Below are positions 62,988 through 64,000 of a DNA stretch of 64,000 nt, piece after piece. The notes beneath the pieces were generated by a model. That model worked only from the letters and a program-made list of their open reading frames with translations. It ran no database searches and was not told where the DNA came from. Position 1 is the stretch's first letter; every line of letters starts with the position of its first letter. The translations under genes were made by a program, and so were the position numbers. This DNA comes from an uncultured Candidatus Saccharibacteria bacterium (GTDB lineage: Bacteria; Patescibacteriota; Minisyncoccia; Phycocordibacterales; UBA9973). The DNA lies in assembly GCA_964496425.1 (NCBI GenBank), contig CAZBZO010000004.1, positions 23,118-87,117 of the forward strand, in the 5' to 3' direction.

Positions 62988-64000
62988 ATGCGAACTTTAA
63001 AAACAAAAGGTGGCAGGGTTATTAGACCCTACTCCTACCAAAAAACATCTTTTAAGTTGCTCGTTAATGCACTTCAAAAGTATCACCGTGCCCTTATGGT
63101 AATGGCCACAGGATTGGGTAAGACAATTACTTCAATTCTCGTGCTATTGCATTTCCTCAAACCCAAAAGTCGAGTACTCTTTTTATGTCATGACACTGGT
63201 ATCTTAGACCAGGCATTTAAAGACTACAGGGATTTTTTGGGTGACGCATATTCATGCACCAAGTTCTACGGACAGAAAAAAGATTGGAATGCTGACACGC
63301 ACAACATCGTGTTTGCCACATTTCAATCCATGGCTTCACATTTGGCCGACAATGGAAAGAAGAATATTTTTTCTAAAACTCACTTTGATTACATCATCGT
63401 GGATGAAGGCCACCATGCAAAAGCCGAAACTTATGAATCAGTTCTGGACTATTTCATTGCAAAATGGAAGATGGCCATGACTGCGACACCTGATCGTGAA
63501 GACGAAGAGGACATTACAGAAATTTTCGGTAAACCAGTCGTGAACATTGAGCTTCCTGAAGCAATTGCCAAAGGATGGCTTACACCAGTGGACTACCGTG
63601 TACTCTCTGATGGCCTCAATGAAGAAATGATTCAAAAGCTTGTTGCTGATGTATTAGACAATAATGTTCGTATCACTGAAAAACAAATCAATGAGCGGAT
63701 ATTCGTTAAAATACGTACTCAGGAGCAAGTAAAGGAAATCCTTAAGGAAAGCAAAGATAAGCAGGCGATCATTTTTTGTCAGAATATTACCCACTTACGA
63801 CATGTAGCAGAGTTTCTGCCTCAATCCGTATGGGTACATTCAAATCAAACAGATGATGAAAACGATGAAGCTATGAAAGCTTTCAAACAAAAGAAAGCTC
63901 GTCATATCTTGGTTGTTGATAAGTTTAATGAAGGGATTGATATCCCTAGCGTTGAACTCATTGTGTTTTTGCGTGGTACTGATTCAAGAAGGATATTCCT
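62988..64000 (+). CDS. SF2 (ResIII/DEAD-like) helicase, runs off the window edge (not in ORF track)
   Basis: Manual translation: PYSYQ, MATGLGKT, VLFLCH, FATFQS, IIVDEGHHA, MTATPDR, IIFC, FNEGIDIP. Confidence 0.9.
   Translation, partial: MRTLKTKGGRVIRPYSYQKTSFKLLVNALQKYHRALMVMATGLGKTITSILVLLHFLKPKSRVLFLCHDTGILDQAFKDYRDFLGDAYSCTKFYGQKKDWNADTHNIVFATFQSMASHLADNGKKNIFSKTHFDYIIVDEGHHAKAETYESVLDYFIAKWKMAMTATPDREDEEDITEIFGKPVVNIELPEAIAKGWLTPVDYRVLSDGLNEEMIQKLVADVLDNNVRITEKQINERIFVKIRTQEQVKEILKESKDKQAIIFCQNITHLRHVAEFLPQSVWVHSNQTDDENDEAMKAFKQKKARHILVVDKFNEGIDIPSVELIVFLRGTDSRRIF

Noticed and set aside
1-64000. Alternative genetic code 25 (TGA = Gly)
   Set aside because: Long genes are open under code 11, and TGA ends genes cleanly in ATGA/TGATG overlaps (for example msrB and the DUF2585 gene).

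Overview
Chromosomal window from a small-genome bacterium, most likely Candidate Phyla Radiation / Parcubacteria. That assignment is inferred from the streamlined PheS/PheT/ThrS, NusB-Nudix fusion, short SMC, Parcubacteria-type pilin domain, standalone SWIB protein, tandem Cys-rich zinc-ribbon paralogues and near absence of Shine-Dalgarno sites; TGA is used as a stop. Housekeeping blocks (rpsP-khpA-trmD; rnr; rpmF-nusB-rnc-smc; rnhB/dnaE; thrS; gyrB; pheS-pheT; murD-murC; tRNA-Leu(CAG)) alternate with AT-richer orphan, secreted and defence genes. No CRISPR array, rRNA, transposase, integrase or reverse transcriptase is visible. Most notable observations: (1) a UvrD helicase/PD-(D/E)XK nuclease split between helicase motifs V and VI by an opposite-strand orphan gene bounded by imperfect inverted repeats, with the second half apparently carrying its own promoter; (2) small palindromic elements, two of which appear to be inserted in frame into msrB and thrS, plus 7-bp tandem repeats inside pheT and rnhB and in inverted arrays around a DUF1761 gene; (3) an SMC with no recognisable hinge; (4) an RDD-pilin fusion; (5) a Bacteroidota-type T9SS-tailed propeller protein inside the rpsP-khpA-trmD block; (6) a serpin with a prepilin-like N-terminus; (7) a Type IIG-like nuclease-methyltransferase plus DUF2806 cassette; (8) several unannotated small proteins, including two very basic peptides; (9) pervasive -10 boxes placed for leaderless transcription. 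All family calls come from motif recognition by eye, not database searches.
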